Shown: piece by piece, positions 10,369 to 20,137 of the stretch
Numbering within the stretch: the first letter of the stretch is position 1
How the letters are laid out: the number at the start of each line of letters is the position of its first letter
Origin: an uncultured Verrucomicrobiae bacterium
GTDB lineage: Bacteria > Verrucomicrobiota > Verrucomicrobiia > Chthoniobacterales > UBA10450
Length of the DNA: 64,000 nucleotides
Direction: 5' to 3'
Assembly (NCBI GenBank): GCA_963815455.1
Contig: CAWFGO010000002.1
Coordinates: forward strand, 192,001 to 256,000
Program-made: the position numbers and the translations under genes
Notes under the pieces: generated by a model
The model's input: the letters and a program-made list of their open reading frames with translations, nothing else
The model's database searches: none
What the model was told of the DNA's origin: nothing

Positions 10369-10919
10369 GACGGTTGCTCTGCCTTTCCATCCATGGAGCG
10401 AATCCCGCGCACTTTTAGAATTTCGTCGCGGCGTCGCAAAGATCGCAGCGCGGCGATGGTCGCCTTGACCACGTTGGCGTGATTGCTCGAGCCGAGCGAT
10501 TTCGCCAATACATCGCGAATGCCGGCCGCCTCAACAACTGCCCGCACACCACCGCCGGCGATCACGCCCGTTCCCGGCGAAGCCGGCCGCAACAATACGC
10601 GGCCCCCGCCGTACTGACCGATCACTTCGTGCGGAATCGTGTTTTCGTGCAGAGACATTTTTTCCATTGCTTTGCGGGCCGACTCGGAGGCTTTCCGGAT
10701 CGCTTCCGAAACTTCGTTCGCTTTGCCGAACCCAACCCCGACTTTCCCATCGTGATCTCCGGCCACGATCAACGCGCTGAAACTAAAACGCCGGCCGCCT
10801 TTCACGACTTTGGCGCAACGATTGATGAACACGACTTTCTCGGTCGTATCACCTCTTGCCGCCGGAGTCTTGTCCGTGTTTCGATCTGGTCGCCTACCGC
10901 CTGAACCTTGTTGTGCCAT
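10365..10919 (-). CDS. rpsE: 30S ribosomal protein S5
   Basis: [28 protein letters not shown]. Confidence 0.98.
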   Translation of the reverse strand: MAQQGSGGRRPDRNTDKTPAARGDTTEKVVFINRCAKVVKGGRRFSFSALIVAGDHDGKVGVGFGKANEVSEAIRKASESARKAMEKMSLHENTIPHEVIGQYGGGRVLLRPASPGTGVIAGGGVRAVVEAAGIRDVLAKSLGSSNHANVVKATIAALRSLRRRDEILKVRGIRSMDGKAEQPS

Positions 10920-10922
10920 GAG

Positions 10923-11288
10923 TTAAAACTTTAAACCGCCCGCGCGCGCCGCATCCGCGAGAGCTTTCACTTTGCCTTGATATTGAAACCCGCCACGATC
11001 GAAAACCACCTTGTCGATCTTCTTTCCGAGCGCGAGTTCGGCGATTATTTTGCCCACCGCTTCGGCCGTGGCCCGGTTTGCTGCCAGCTTACTTTTGCCC
11101 AGCAGACCTTTTTGAGTTGTCGACGCGGAGATCAATGTCTTGCCGGCATCGTCGTCAATCACCTGCGCGTAAACATGTTTGCCGGAAAAATGGATGGCCA
11201 AACGCGGCCGCCCAGCAGTGCCGGAAATCTTTTTCCGGATCCGCAGGTGCAAACGTTTGCGCGTCGCTTTTCGATTGAACGTCGCCAT
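10923..11288 (-). CDS. rplR: 50S ribosomal protein L18
   Basis: RPRLAIHFSGKHVYAQVIDD, VVFDRGG, ADAARAGGLKF; start ATG 11288. Confidence 0.96.
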   Translation of the reverse strand: MATFNRKATRKRLHLRIRKKISGTAGRPRLAIHFSGKHVYAQVIDDDAGKTLISASTTQKGLLGKSKLAANRATAEAVGKIIAELALGKKIDKVVFDRGGFQYQGKVKALADAARAGGLKF

Positions 11289-11289
11289 A

Positions 11290-11829
11290 TTACTGAACCG
11301 TCTTACCTTCCTTGCGACGAACCTGCTCGCCCGCATATCGCACACCTTTGCCCTTGTACGGCTCCGGCGGATAAAAGCGACGAATGTCCGCGGCGACCTG
11401 GCCGACCAGTTTCTTGTCGACACCCTGGATGTCGATCTTGGTCGCGTCGGTTACCGTGATCTTAATATCTTTTGGGATCGGAAACAGAATCGGATGAGAA
11501 AAACCGAGGCTCAGGTTGAGTGTCGATCCTTGCACCGCCGCCTTGAAACCGACGCCCTCAATCTCGAGCTGCTTGCTGAATCCTTCGCTCACGCCCTGGA
11601 CCATGTTGTGAACCAGGCTGCGCGAGAGGCCATGCAACGCTTTCACGCTCCGCGTCTCCGCGGCCCGGGCGATCGTGATCCGGTTGTTGTCGATCTTGGC
11701 CGAGATGTGGCGAGGCAATTTCCAATTGAGTTTCCCCTTGGGCCCTTCCACGGCCACGGCGCCGTCGTTGCCGACGTTCACCTTCACTTTGGCGGGAATC
11801 TCGACCGCTTTATTTCCGATCCGTGACAT
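11290..11829 (-). CDS. rplF: 50S ribosomal protein L6
   Basis: MSRIGNKAV, PPEPYKGKGVRY. Confidence 0.98.
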   Translation of the reverse strand: MSRIGNKAVEIPAKVKVNVGNDGAVAVEGPKGKLNWKLPRHISAKIDNNRITIARAAETRSVKALHGLSRSLVHNMVQGVSEGFSKQLEIEGVGFKAAVQGSTLNLSLGFSHPILFPIPKDIKITVTDATKIDIQGVDKKLVGQVAADIRRFYPPEPYKGKGVRYAGEQVRRKEGKTVQ

Positions 11830-11834
11830 AAAAT

Positions 11835-12233
11835 TTACCAAACGTAAGCCAGCAGCTCGCCGCCGACCTTTTGCTTCTTTGCTTCGCGTCCCGACAGCAC
11901 ACCGCGTGGCGTGGAGAGGATCGCTACGCCCATTCCGCCCAGCACGCGGGGGATTTCGTCCGCACCGACGTAACGGCGCAGCCCCGGCCGGCTGACGCGC
12001 TTCAATCCAGTGATTGCGCTCGTTCGATCGACCAATTTATTCGTGACCTTGATTCGCGGATGGGCCGCCGTGGTGTCGACTGCGTAATCGCTGATGTAAC
12101 CTTCCTCTTTCAAAATGCGGATAATCTCCGCCTTTACCTTAGAGTACGGAACGAACATCTCGATCTTCTGCGCCTGCGCTCCATTGCGCAGCCGCGCGAT
12201 CAAATCTGCAATTGGATCTGTAACAGTGCCCAT
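11835..12233 (-). CDS. rpsH: 30S ribosomal protein S8
   Basis: DPIADLIARLRN, VSRPGLRRY, GGELLAYVW. Confidence 0.98.
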   Translation of the reverse strand: MGTVTDPIADLIARLRNGAQAQKIEMFVPYSKVKAEIIRILKEEGYISDYAVDTTAAHPRIKVTNKLVDRTSAITGLKRVSRPGLRRYVGADEIPRVLGGMGVAILSTPRGVLSGREAKKQKVGGELLAYVW

Positions 12234-12238
12234 GAAAT

Positions 12239-12811
12239 TTAAGATTGCGCGGCGGCCTTCTTGGCCCGGTCGCTGAACGGCATCCCCATTTCGCTCAAGA
12301 GCGATTTGGCTTCCTCGTTCGTCCGCGCGGTGGTGACGATTGTAACATCAAATCCGATGTTGCGCTTGATTTTATCCAGCTCGACCTCGGGAAAAATGGA
12401 TTGGTCCGAAACGCCCAGCGTGTAGTTGCCATTGTTGTCGAAGGAACGCGGCGATACCCCGCGAAAGTCGCGAATACGCGGCAGCGCGGTTTTGATGAAG
12501 CGCTCCAGAAATTCGTACATCCGCTCGCCCCGCAACGTCACTTTCGCGCCAATCATCTGGTCTTTGCGAAGCTTGAAATTCGCGATGCTTTTCTTGGCCC
12601 GCGTTTCCAAGGGGCGCTGCCCGGTGATCAAGGCCAGCTCCGCCTTTGCCTCCTCCAGCGCTTGCTTCACGTCCGTTTGCGAACCGACGGAGGTGTTGAT
12701 CACCACTTTCTCGACCTTCGGGACCTGGTGAACGTTCTTGTAACCGTGCTGCTTTTTCAGCGCCGGCATCACCCGCTCCTTGTAGTCTTTGTAAAATTCG
12801 TTTTCCATCAC
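12239..12811 (-). CDS. rplE: 50S ribosomal protein L5
   Basis: [26 protein letters not shown]. Confidence 0.98.
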   Translation of the reverse strand: MMENEFYKDYKERVMPALKKQHGYKNVHQVPKVEKVVINTSVGSQTDVKQALEEAKAELALITGQRPLETRAKKSIANFKLRKDQMIGAKVTLRGERMYEFLERFIKTALPRIRDFRGVSPRSFDNNGNYTLGVSDQSIFPEVELDKIKRNIGFDVTIVTTARTNEEAKSLLSEMGMPFSDRAKKAAAQS

Positions 12812-13113
12812 GCCGCCTTCTTCTCAGTCGCCTTCTTCGGTTTCTTTTCCTTTACACTCTTCTTCTCAGATTTCTTCTCGCGCTCGATCAATCTCACGTT
12901 CGAGATATGAATCGGCCCTTCTTTTTCCGCGATCTTGCCGCTCGGGTTGTCCTGCGATTTGCGCAGATGCTTCTTAATAATACGCACGCCCTCGATCAGC
13001 ACCCGATGCTTGCTCGGAAGCACAGCCAGAATCTTTCCGGTGGACCCGCGAAAATTCCCGCAGATCACCTCGACCTGATCGCCTTTTTTTACGTGAAACT
13101 TAATGCGGTTCAT
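12808..13113 (-). CDS. rplX: 50S ribosomal protein L24
   Basis: [20 protein letters not shown]. Confidence 0.96.
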   Translation of the reverse strand: MNRIKFHVKKGDQVEVICGNFRGSTGKILAVLPSKHRVLIEGVRIIKKHLRKSQDNPSGKIAEKEGPIHISNVRLIEREKKSEKKSVKEKKPKKATEKKAA

Positions 13114-13118
13114 AAAAC

Positions 13119-13239
13119 TGGAGGACAGGCTGCCAGCCTGTCTCGGCCGACAAGCAGCCTGCTTGTCGATCTTGCCGCGGATGAAGAAGCAACACGCTGG
13201 CAGCGTGTTTGCCGAGTCAGGCAGGCTGCCTGACTTCCA
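13119..13239. repeat. REP-like cluster of four short palindromes bounded by TGGAG...TTCCA
   Basis: GACAGGC-TGCCA-GCCTGTC, GACAAGC-AGCCT-GCTTGTC, AACACGC-TGGCA-GCGTGTT, GTCAGGC-AGGCT-GCCTGAC between rplN and rplX. Confidence 0.8.
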
Positions 13240-13276
13240 TCCCTGACGTCAATCGTCATTCGGGCCTCATCATTCA

Positions 13277-13642
13277 TCATAGTACCTCCGGAGCGAGTGA
13301 CACGATTTTCATGAAATTGCGCTCGCGCAACTCGCGCGCGACCGGCCCAAAAATTCGCGTCCCACGCGGATTCAAATCCTTGTCGATGATAACGATCGCG
13401 TTGTTATCGAAGCGCAAAACCGAACCGTCGTCGCGTTTGATCGGCTGCCGCGTGCGCACCAAAACAGCCCGAACAACTTCGCCCTTTTTCACGGTTCCGG
13501 TCGCGCTCGCTTCTTTCACGTTCGCCGTGATGACGTCACCGATGCCGGCGTAAAGCGTCGACTTGCCGATTACGCCGATCATCGTCGCCATCCGCGCGCC
13601 GCTGTTATCAGCTACATCCAATCTGGATCGAAGTTGCACCAT
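13277..13642 (-). CDS. rplN: 50S ribosomal protein L14
   Basis: [37 protein letters not shown]. Confidence 0.98.
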   Translation of the reverse strand: MVQLRSRLDVADNSGARMATMIGVIGKSTLYAGIGDVITANVKEASATGTVKKGEVVRAVLVRTRQPIKRDDGSVLRFDNNAIVIIDKDLNPRGTRIFGPVARELRERNFMKIVSLAPEVL

Positions 13643-13661
13643 AGAAATTTCCTCTTTTTCC

Positions 13662-13964
13662 CTATTTGGTCAGGACCTCCACCAGACGCCAGCGCTTCAA
13701 TTTGCTCAACGGCCGAGTCTCCATGATCCGCACTGTGTCGCCCGCCTTTGCCTTGTTCTCTTCGTCGTGGGCGTAAAACTTCCGCATCTGCTTGACGATT
13801 TTACCAAAACGCGGGTGCGGCACACGGGTCACGGTCCGGACAACGATCGTCTTGTTCATGCTGCTCGAAATCACCTGGCCGGTGCGCGTCTTCCGCGAAC
13901 TTCGGGTAACCGATGCTGGCAGCGGCGGTGGTTTGGCAAGCGATTGCTGGTCTGGTTCGGCCAT
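13662..13964 (-). CDS. rpsQ: 30S ribosomal protein S17
   Basis: [31 protein letters not shown]. Confidence 0.97.
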   Translation of the reverse strand: MAEPDQQSLAKPPPLPASVTRSSRKTRTGQVISSSMNKTIVVRTVTRVPHPRFGKIVKQMRKFYAHDEENKAKAGDTVRIMETRPLSKLKRWRLVEVLTK

Positions 13965-13969
13965 AAAAT

Positions 13970-14173
13970 TTATTTCTGGTTCGTCTCCCTGGTGCGGCGG
14001 GCGAGCACTGTTTCAATGCGCGCCACGTCGCGCCGCAAAAGGCGCAACCGGCTCGGTTGTTCGAGCTGGCCGCTCTGCTGCTGCAGACGCAAATGCAAGC
14101 TCTCCTGGCGCAAGTCGCGTTTCTTGGTCAGCAACTCGTCCGTGCTCATCTCGATGACTTCTTTAATTTTCAT
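13970..14173 (-). CDS. rpmC: 50S ribosomal protein L29
   Basis: [28 protein letters not shown]; position in operon. Confidence 0.95.
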   Translation of the reverse strand: MKIKEVIEMSTDELLTKKRDLRQESLHLRLQQQSGQLEQPSRLRLLRRDVARIETVLARRTRETNQK

Positions 14174-14180
14174 GATCTCT

Positions 14181-14606
14181 TTACGCGGCCCTCAGGTGAT
14201 GGCGGCTCAAAAACTTCGTCCGCACCGGCAGCTTGTCCGCCGCCAGCCGAAGCGACTCGCGCGCGACCGATTCCGGCACGCCGTCCAGTTCAAACAAAAT
14301 GTTCCCGGGCTTGACCGTAGCGACCCAGAATTCCGGCTGGCCTTTGCCTTTACCCATTCGCGTTTCCGGCGGACGCGAGGTCACTGATTTGTCCGGAAAA
14401 ATGCGAATCCATAATTTGCCTTTGCGCTTCATGTTGCGAGTAAGGGCAACGCGCGCCGCTTCCAACTGCGTATTCGTGATCCAGGCGCGCTCCAGCGTTT
14501 GCAAACCGAACTCGCCAAAGTCGATCCTGAGATTGCGCGAGGCAGTCCCCTTGCGGCTTCCCCGCTGGGACTTGCGATACTTCACGCGTTTGGGCATCAA
14601 CGGCAT
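14181..14606 (-). CDS. rplP: 50S ribosomal protein L16
   Basis: [23 protein letters not shown]. Confidence 0.98.
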   Translation of the reverse strand: MPLMPKRVKYRKSQRGSRKGTASRNLRIDFGEFGLQTLERAWITNTQLEAARVALTRNMKRKGKLWIRIFPDKSVTSRPPETRMGKGKGQPEFWVATVKPGNILFELDGVPESVARESLRLAADKLPVRTKFLSRHHLRAA

Positions 14607-14617
14607 AAAATTTTTTC

Positions 14618-15304
14618 CTAGACTTGAGCTGGTTCAGGCGGCGGTGGCGGCGGTGCGGACATCGCCGGCTCGGCCGGCGCTTCTTCTTTCTTACAGATCC
14701 AGCACTTTACTCCGATCTTGCCGTAAACAGTGTTGGCTTCAGCGAAGCCGTAATCGATTGGGGTCCGCAATGTATGCAGCGGGACTTTTCCTTCACGATA
14801 CCATTCCGACCGTGAAATTTCCGCGCCGTTAAGGCGCCCCGAGCAACGCAATCGAATTCCCTGGGCGCCGAAATCCATCGCGGTTTGCACCGCTTTTTTC
14901 ATGGCCCGGCGATAGGCGATACGTCGCTCGATTTGCAACGCCACGTTTTCCGCGATCAACTGGGCATCGAGCTCGGGCGATTTGATTTCCTGGATGTCGA
15001 TCTTGATCTGTTTGCCCTGCGCCATCTTCGAAATTTCTTCGGTCATCTTCTCGATCTCGGCGCCTTTGCGCCCGATCACGATGCCTGGACGCGCGGTGAA
15101 GATGGTGACACGAATGCTGTTCCAGGCGCGCTCGATCACAATCTTCGACACGGCCGCGAACTGGAGTTTCTTTTTCACGTAGCCGCGAATCTCCAGATCG
15201 CTGTGCAAAAATGCCGGCAACTCCTGCGGCGACGCATACCAGCGCGAACGCCAGTCCCGGTTCACGCCCAGGCGAAATCCAATTGGATTAACTTTTTGTC
15301 CCAT
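14618..15304 (-). CDS. rpsC: 30S ribosomal protein S3
   Basis: [40 protein letters not shown]. Confidence 0.98.
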   Translation of the reverse strand: MGQKVNPIGFRLGVNRDWRSRWYASPQELPAFLHSDLEIRGYVKKKLQFAAVSKIVIERAWNSIRVTIFTARPGIVIGRKGAEIEKMTEEISKMAQGKQIKIDIQEIKSPELDAQLIAENVALQIERRIAYRRAMKKAVQTAMDFGAQGIRLRCSGRLNGAEISRSEWYREGKVPLHTLRTPIDYGFAEANTVYGKIGVKCWICKKEEAPAEPAMSAPPPPPPEPAQV

Positions 15305-15333
15305 AATCAGTTTCTAAAAAACAAAATTACCCC

Positions 15334-15427
15334 TGTCATCCCGACCATGGTCGAGGGATCCCGTGGCGTTACCTTCACGTTCCAAAACGGGATTCTTCGA
15401 CTCCGCTTCGCTTCGCTCAGAATGACA
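15334..15427. repeat. GTCAT-terminated palindromic element, copy 2
   Basis: TGTCATCCCGAC..GTCGAGGGATCCC....GGGATTCTTCGACT..CGCTCAGAATGACA between rplV and rpsC. Confidence 0.85.
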
Positions 15428-15442
15428 GTGCATATTCAAAAT

Positions 15443-15922
15443 CTATTTCTTCGCTTTCTTCGCCGCCTTTTTCGCTCTCGGCTTTTTTCCGCCAGTTGTT
15501 GTCGATCCTCCGGCCTCGCCGGTTCCCTCTTTAGCCGCTTTCTCGTCCGCTTTGCGTTTGGCCTTTCGCGTCTCGCGCGTTTCAATTGGAATCTCGTCCG
15601 TCAACACGATGCGAATGTGACTGGTCCGTTTCAAAATGCCGCTCGCGCTTCCGCGGGCCCGGGCCATGATGCGCTTAATCGTTGGACCCTCGCCAGCCAC
15701 TGCTTCCTTCACCACCAGCCCGTCGGGCTTGAGATTCGCGTTATTCTCCGCGTTGGCGACGGCGCTCTTCAATGTCTTACCAACAAGAAACGCCGCCTTC
15801 TTCGGGGTAAAAGCAAGGAGATCGAGCGCTGCCGAAACCGGCAGGCCCTGGATCTCACGCGTGACTTCGCGCACCTTAAATGCCGAAATCCGCGCGTACC
15901 TGTATATCGATCTAACTTCCAT
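15443..15922 (-). CDS. rplV: 50S ribosomal protein L22 with Lys/Ala-rich tail
   Basis: ARISAFKVREV, LKSAVANAENN, RARGSA, KRTSHI. Confidence 0.97.
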   Translation of the reverse strand: MEVRSIYRYARISAFKVREVTREIQGLPVSAALDLLAFTPKKAAFLVGKTLKSAVANAENNANLKPDGLVVKEAVAGEGPTIKRIMARARGSASGILKRTSHIRIVLTDEIPIETRETRKAKRKADEKAAKEGTGEAGGSTTTGGKKPRAKKAAKKAKK

Positions 15923-16771
15923 TTATTTTAAACTCATATTCGCGTGCACGTCCGCCTGGAGGCGATCGCCCACTTTTATTTTCTCTTTTCCAGAATCCTC
16001 AATCACCGCACCGCAAATTTTCTGTCGCACATCGACCACTCGCAGGGTCGCGATCTTCTGATCGCCGCGCATCACCCGCATCGGCATCCCAATTTTTACA
16101 CCCTGCTTTTCTCCCAGGTTACCGACCACGAACGACCATTCTTCCTTTACGCTGATCACGCTGCCATCCATCAAACTTGGCTCGACCGATTTCTTGGCTG
16201 TCGATCCTGCCGCGATCTTGTTCGCCCTCCGCAACTGCGTTTCGAGATCCATCCGCGCCTGGGCGTTTCCACCCTGCGACGTCTTCAAGTAGCGTAACAT
16301 CGCTTCGTTCAATCGCAGCATCTGGTCGCGATATTCATCACGATCCTTCCGGGCCAGACGCAAATCGCTCACCGCCGCCAGCAGCCGCTGCTCTAGTTTC
16401 GCTCGATCTTTGCTCGCCGAAGCCAGCCCCAGCGCTTCCATTCGCAATTCCAAATCGGCATACTTCCGGCGAAACAATTCCGCCTCCGCATTCGATTCCG
16501 CCAGGCTGCCCGTCAACGTCCGCACCGATTCCCGCGCGATCGACAATTGCCGCCGCAGCTCTTCATTCTGCGTGAGCAACGCCGCCGCTGTCACCGCGTG
16601 TTCCGCGTTTTCAATCTTGGATTCTGACAAAGAACTCTTTCCCTCTGCCGCCAGCCCTCGAGCCAGCGTTATGCAGCCCACTAACGCGATTACCGGTCCC
16701 CAACCAACAGCCCTTTCAGGCAATCGAAAATCGAATGCCCGTCCGGCTCGGACCGAAAATCGAAAATTCAC
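15923..16771 (-). CDS. Hypothetical coiled-coil protein with C-terminal beta-barrel, inserted in the S10 operon
   Basis: Fills the rpsS-rplV gap exactly; hydrophobic N-segment, heptad-rich middle, GSVISVKEEWSFVVGNLGEKQGVKIGM...IKVGD C-terminus; start uncertain. Confidence 0.75.
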   Translation of the reverse strand: MNFRFSVRAGRAFDFRLPERAVGWGPVIALVGCITLARGLAAEGKSSLSESKIENAEHAVTAAALLTQNEELRRQLSIARESVRTLTGSLAESNAEAELFRRKYADLELRMEALGLASASKDRAKLEQRLLAAVSDLRLARKDRDEYRDQMLRLNEAMLRYLKTSQGGNAQARMDLETQLRRANKIAAGSTAKKSVEPSLMDGSVISVKEEWSFVVGNLGEKQGVKIGMPMRVMRGDQKIATLRVVDVRQKICGAVIEDSGKEKIKVGDRLQADVHANMSLK

Positions 16772-16772
16772 A

Positions 16773-17051
16773 TCACTTCGTTACCTTCGCTGTATGCGAA
16801 CCGTGTTTCTTGAAGATTCGCGTAGCCGAAAATTCGCCGAGCTTGTGGCCCACCATGTTCTCGGTAACAAAAACGGAAATGAAATTCTTTCCGTTATGAA
16901 CCAAAAATGTGTGCCCGACAAAATCCGGCGTTACCATCGAGCGTCGCGACCAGGTTTTGATCGGTTTTTTGGCGCTCGAACTGTTCATCTTGTCGATCTT
17001 CTCCAACAGATTCGACTCGACGAAGGGTCCTTTCTTTAACGATCTAGCCAT
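16773..17051 (-). CDS. rpsS: 30S ribosomal protein S19
   Basis: [27 protein letters not shown]. Confidence 0.98.
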   Translation of the reverse strand: MARSLKKGPFVESNLLEKIDKMNSSSAKKPIKTWSRRSMVTPDFVGHTFLVHNGKNFISVFVTENMVGHKLGEFSATRIFKKHGSHTAKVTK

Positions 17052-17056
17052 AAAAA

Positions 17057-17905
17057 TCAACTCTTCTTCTTCGATTTCCTGCGTTCCATAATAAACCGAT
17101 CGCTCGGCTTATGTTTGGTGCGGGTCTTAAATCCCTTGGCCAACTGGCCCCACGGACTAACCGGATGATGCCGGCCGCCGCCGCCCTTCGATTTGCCCTG
17201 ACCGCCGCCCATCGGGTGATCGATCGGGTTCATCGCCATGCCGCGCACATGCGAGCGCCGTCCCTGCCAGCGGGTCCGCCCAGCTTTGCCGCTCGACACA
17301 TTCATGTGATCGACATTGCTGACCTGGCCGATAGTCGCGAAGCAGTTCTCGTGAATTCGGCGGATTTCGCCGGATGGCATTTTCACCAGCGCATAGCCGC
17401 TCTCGATGTTGGTCAAAGTGGCCTGCTGTCCGGCGCTGCGAGCAACCTGGCCGCCACGGCCCGGGCTCAGCTCGATATTGTGGATATTTGTGCCTAACGG
17501 AATCGCGCGCAGCGGGAGCGCATTGCCAAGTTCCGGCGCTGCCCCATCTCCGGCCGAGACGGTCGATCCAACCCGGAGTCCATTGGGCGCCAAAATGTAG
17601 CTCATGTCGCCGTCCGCATATTTAATAAGAGCAATGCGCGCCGAGCGATTCGGGTCGTACTCGATGCCGATCACTTCCGCAGGAACGTCCCGTTTGCCGC
17701 GTTTGAAATCGACTTTGCGATATTTCTGTTTGTGACCGCCGCCAATGTGTCGCGAGGTCAAACGCCCGCGGTTATTGCGTCCGCCGGTCCTTTTCTTCGG
17801 TTCGAGAAGGCCCTTATGCGGCGTCCACTTGGTGATTTCGTCAAACCCAGGGAGCGATTTGAATCGCTGGGCCGGGGTGAGTGGTCTGTAACTTTTTAGT
17901 GCCAT
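17057..17905 (-). CDS. rplB: 50S ribosomal protein L2
   Basis: [35 protein letters not shown]. Confidence 0.98.
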   Translation of the reverse strand: MALKSYRPLTPAQRFKSLPGFDEITKWTPHKGLLEPKKRTGGRNNRGRLTSRHIGGGHKQKYRKVDFKRGKRDVPAEVIGIEYDPNRSARIALIKYADGDMSYILAPNGLRVGSTVSAGDGAAPELGNALPLRAIPLGTNIHNIELSPGRGGQVARSAGQQATLTNIESGYALVKMPSGEIRRIHENCFATIGQVSNVDHMNVSSGKAGRTRWQGRRSHVRGMAMNPIDHPMGGGQGKSKGGGGRHHPVSPWGQLAKGFKTRTKHKPSDRFIMERRKSKKKS

Positions 17906-17914
17906 AACGATTAA

Positions 17915-18064
17915 AAATTCGAAATTCGAAATCCGAAATCCGAAACAATTTCAGATATCCGAATGTTCGAAACGCGCCCGCAGCGATTCGCGACCTGTTT
18001 TGAATTTCGACCTTTATTCATTCGAGTTTGTTTCGGGTTTTCGATATTCGACATTCGGATTTTC
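17915..18064. repeat. Inverted element with 7-bp tandem arms (TTCGAAA/TCCGAAA)
   Basis: AAATTCGAAATTCGAAATCCGAAATCCGAAACAA ... TTGTTTCGGGTTTTCGATATTCGACATTCGGATTT between rplW and rplB. Confidence 0.8.
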
Positions 18065-18068
18065 GTCG

Positions 18069-18347
18069 CTAGACGAGGTCGATCTTCTCGCCTTCCTTCA
18101 GCGTCACGATCGCCTTCTTCCAGTGCGCGCGCCGCCCGAGCGGGCCGCGTACCCGTTTTTCTTTGCCGGCGTAATTACAGGTATTTACATCCACAACCTG
18201 CTTCTGGAACAAACGCTCGACCGCTTGTTTAATTTGAATCTTGTTCGCGCGCGGATTGACGCGGAAGACGTACTTGTTCTGCTTCTCGCTCATCAACGTC
18301 GACTTTTCGGTCAGTGACGCAGTTCGAATTATGTCGTGCTCGGTCAT
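18069..18347 (-). CDS. rplW: 50S ribosomal protein L23
   Basis: TEKST, ANKIQIKQAVERLF, WKKAIVTL. Confidence 0.97.
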   Translation of the reverse strand: MTEHDIIRTASLTEKSTLMSEKQNKYVFRVNPRANKIQIKQAVERLFQKQVVDVNTCNYAGKEKRVRGPLGRRAHWKKAIVTLKEGEKIDLV

Positions 18348-18952
18348 TTAATTCTCTCCGCCAGTTTTTCGAGCGCCTTGGGCGTTACCAAAATTTTCTC
18401 AAAGCTAAGCAATTGTTCCGTGTTCACTTCCGTGGCTGTGGCCAGCTTGACCGGTTTAACGTTCCGGGCCGACCTGACAGTGTTCTCGTCGAACGAATCC
18501 GAAACAATCAGCACCTTCTCGGCGTCGGTTTGCTTCCGGAGAAGATCGACAAACGATTTCGTCTTTAATTCCGGCACAACAAACTTGTCGATCGTAAGAA
18601 CATCGCCGGCTTGAATTCGTTCGCTCAACGCCTTCTGGAACGCGAGGCGACGCACCGATTTCGAAACTTTCTTGGAATAATCACGCGGTTTCGGGCCGAA
18701 CACGACTCCGCCGCCACGCCAGATCACCGACGATTTGTAGCCCGCGCGGGCCCGGCCCGTTCCCTTTTGCCGCCATGGCTTCGCTCCGGACAAATCCACT
18801 TCGGCCTTTGTCTTCGTGCTCGCCGATCCGGAACGCCGGGCGGCCCGCATCGCCACCACCGCGTCGTGAACGGCTTGCGTCCCGCGACCGTTTTCGATGA
18901 TGTCGATCTTGGCCTCCTTGGCCGCGGCTTTGGTTAAAACTTTGGCGCTCAT
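18344..18952 (-). CDS. rplD: 50S ribosomal protein L4
   Basis: KPWRQKGTGRARAG, WRGGGVVFGPKPR. Confidence 0.98.
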   Translation of the reverse strand: MSAKVLTKAAAKEAKIDIIENGRGTQAVHDAVVAMRAARRSGSASTKTKAEVDLSGAKPWRQKGTGRARAGYKSSVIWRGGGVVFGPKPRDYSKKVSKSVRRLAFQKALSERIQAGDVLTIDKFVVPELKTKSFVDLLRKQTDAEKVLIVSDSFDENTVRSARNVKPVKLATATEVNTEQLLSFEKILVTPKALEKLAERIK

Positions 18953-19707
18953 TTCTTGGCGGCCTCCGCTTCTTTCGCGGGCTCAGGTTTCTTGGCTGCT
19001 TCCGGTTTCTTTGCCGTCTCGGGCTTCTTCGCAGCCGAGCCCTTCTTCGCGGGCGCCGGGTGCTTGCTAATCTGGGCGGCCGGATCCTTGATGGCCGGAC
19101 GAATAACGACATAACTGCCATTCGCTCCCGGCACCGCGCCGCTAACTAAAATAACTTTCTCAGTCTCGCGGACCTGCATCACCTGGAGGTTCTGCACGGT
19201 CACGCGCTCATCGCCCATATGGCCTGGCATGCCCATGTTCTTCCAAATCCGGCCGGGCGTGGAACGATTGCCCACCGCGCCGTTACGTCGATGCGTTTTC
19301 GAGCCATGCGACGCGCCTTGCCCGTCAAAGTTATGTTTTTTCATCACGCCTTGGAACCCTTTTCCTTTCGACCGGCCGATCACATCGACATAGTCACCTG
19401 GCTGAAACTGCGTGACGCTCAAATTGATCTCGCCTTCCGGAAGGTCGGCCTTCAGGCGGAACTCGCGCATGAGTCTTTTCGGTTCGACGCCGGCCTTCTT
19501 GAATTCGCCCAGCAGTTGTTGGGTCAGGCGCGACTCCTTTTGGGAATTGAAACCCACTTGCACGGCTGAGTAACCGTCATTCTCCGCCGTCAAACGGCGC
19601 AGTAAAACATTATCGCCCGCCGCGATCACGGTTACAGGACGCATCCGACCGTCGGCGTCGTAAACGCTGGTCATGCCAATTTTTTTTCCTAGTAACCCGA
19701 TGCTCAT
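18949..19707 (-). CDS. rplC: 50S ribosomal protein L3 with Lys/Ala/Glu tail
   Basis: GKKIGMT, SKGKGFQG, GHMGDERVTVQNL; start ATG 19707. Confidence 0.97.
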   Translation of the reverse strand: MSIGLLGKKIGMTSVYDADGRMRPVTVIAAGDNVLLRRLTAENDGYSAVQVGFNSQKESRLTQQLLGEFKKAGVEPKRLMREFRLKADLPEGEINLSVTQFQPGDYVDVIGRSKGKGFQGVMKKHNFDGQGASHGSKTHRRNGAVGNRSTPGRIWKNMGMPGHMGDERVTVQNLQVMQVRETEKVILVSGAVPGANGSYVVIRPAIKDPAAQISKHPAPAKKGSAAKKPETAKKPEAAKKPEPAKEAEAAKK

Positions 19708-19716
19708 TTTTTTGGT

Positions 19717-19811
19717 TGTCATCCCGAGCAACGTCGAGGGATCCCGTTGCGGTACCTTTAAGGTAGCTTTCCGGGATTCTTCGACTTCGCTTCGCTTCGC
19801 TCAGAATGACA
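19717..19811. repeat. GTCAT-terminated palindromic element, copy 3
   Basis: TGTCATCCCGAGC..GTCGAGGGATCCC....GGGATTCTTCGACT..CGCTCAGAATGACA between rpsJ and rplC. Confidence 0.85.
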
Positions 19812-19825
19812 GTGCTAATATTTCT

Positions 19826-20137
19826 CTAAATCTTGATCGTAATATCCACGCCCGCGGGCAGGTTCAGTTTCTTCAATTCGTCCACCGTCTTCGCCGTCGG
19901 CTCGATGATGTCGAGCAGGCGTTTGTGGGTGCGAATTTCAAATTGTTCCATCGATTTCTTGTCGACGTGGGGCGATCGGTTCACCGTAAATTTCTCGACC
20001 AACGTCGGCAGCGGAATCGGGCCGGCCACGCGCGCACCCGTGCGCTTCGCGGTTTCCACAATCTCCACCGCGGATTGATCGAGCATTCGGTGATCGAAAG
20101 CTTTCAAGCGAATGCGAATGCGTTGGCTATCGGTCAT
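19826..20137 (-). CDS. rpsJ: 30S ribosomal protein S10
   Basis: [32 protein letters not shown]. Confidence 0.98.
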   Translation of the reverse strand: MTDSQRIRIRLKAFDHRMLDQSAVEIVETAKRTGARVAGPIPLPTLVEKFTVNRSPHVDKKSMEQFEIRTHKRLLDIIEPTAKTVDELKKLNLPAGVDITIKI

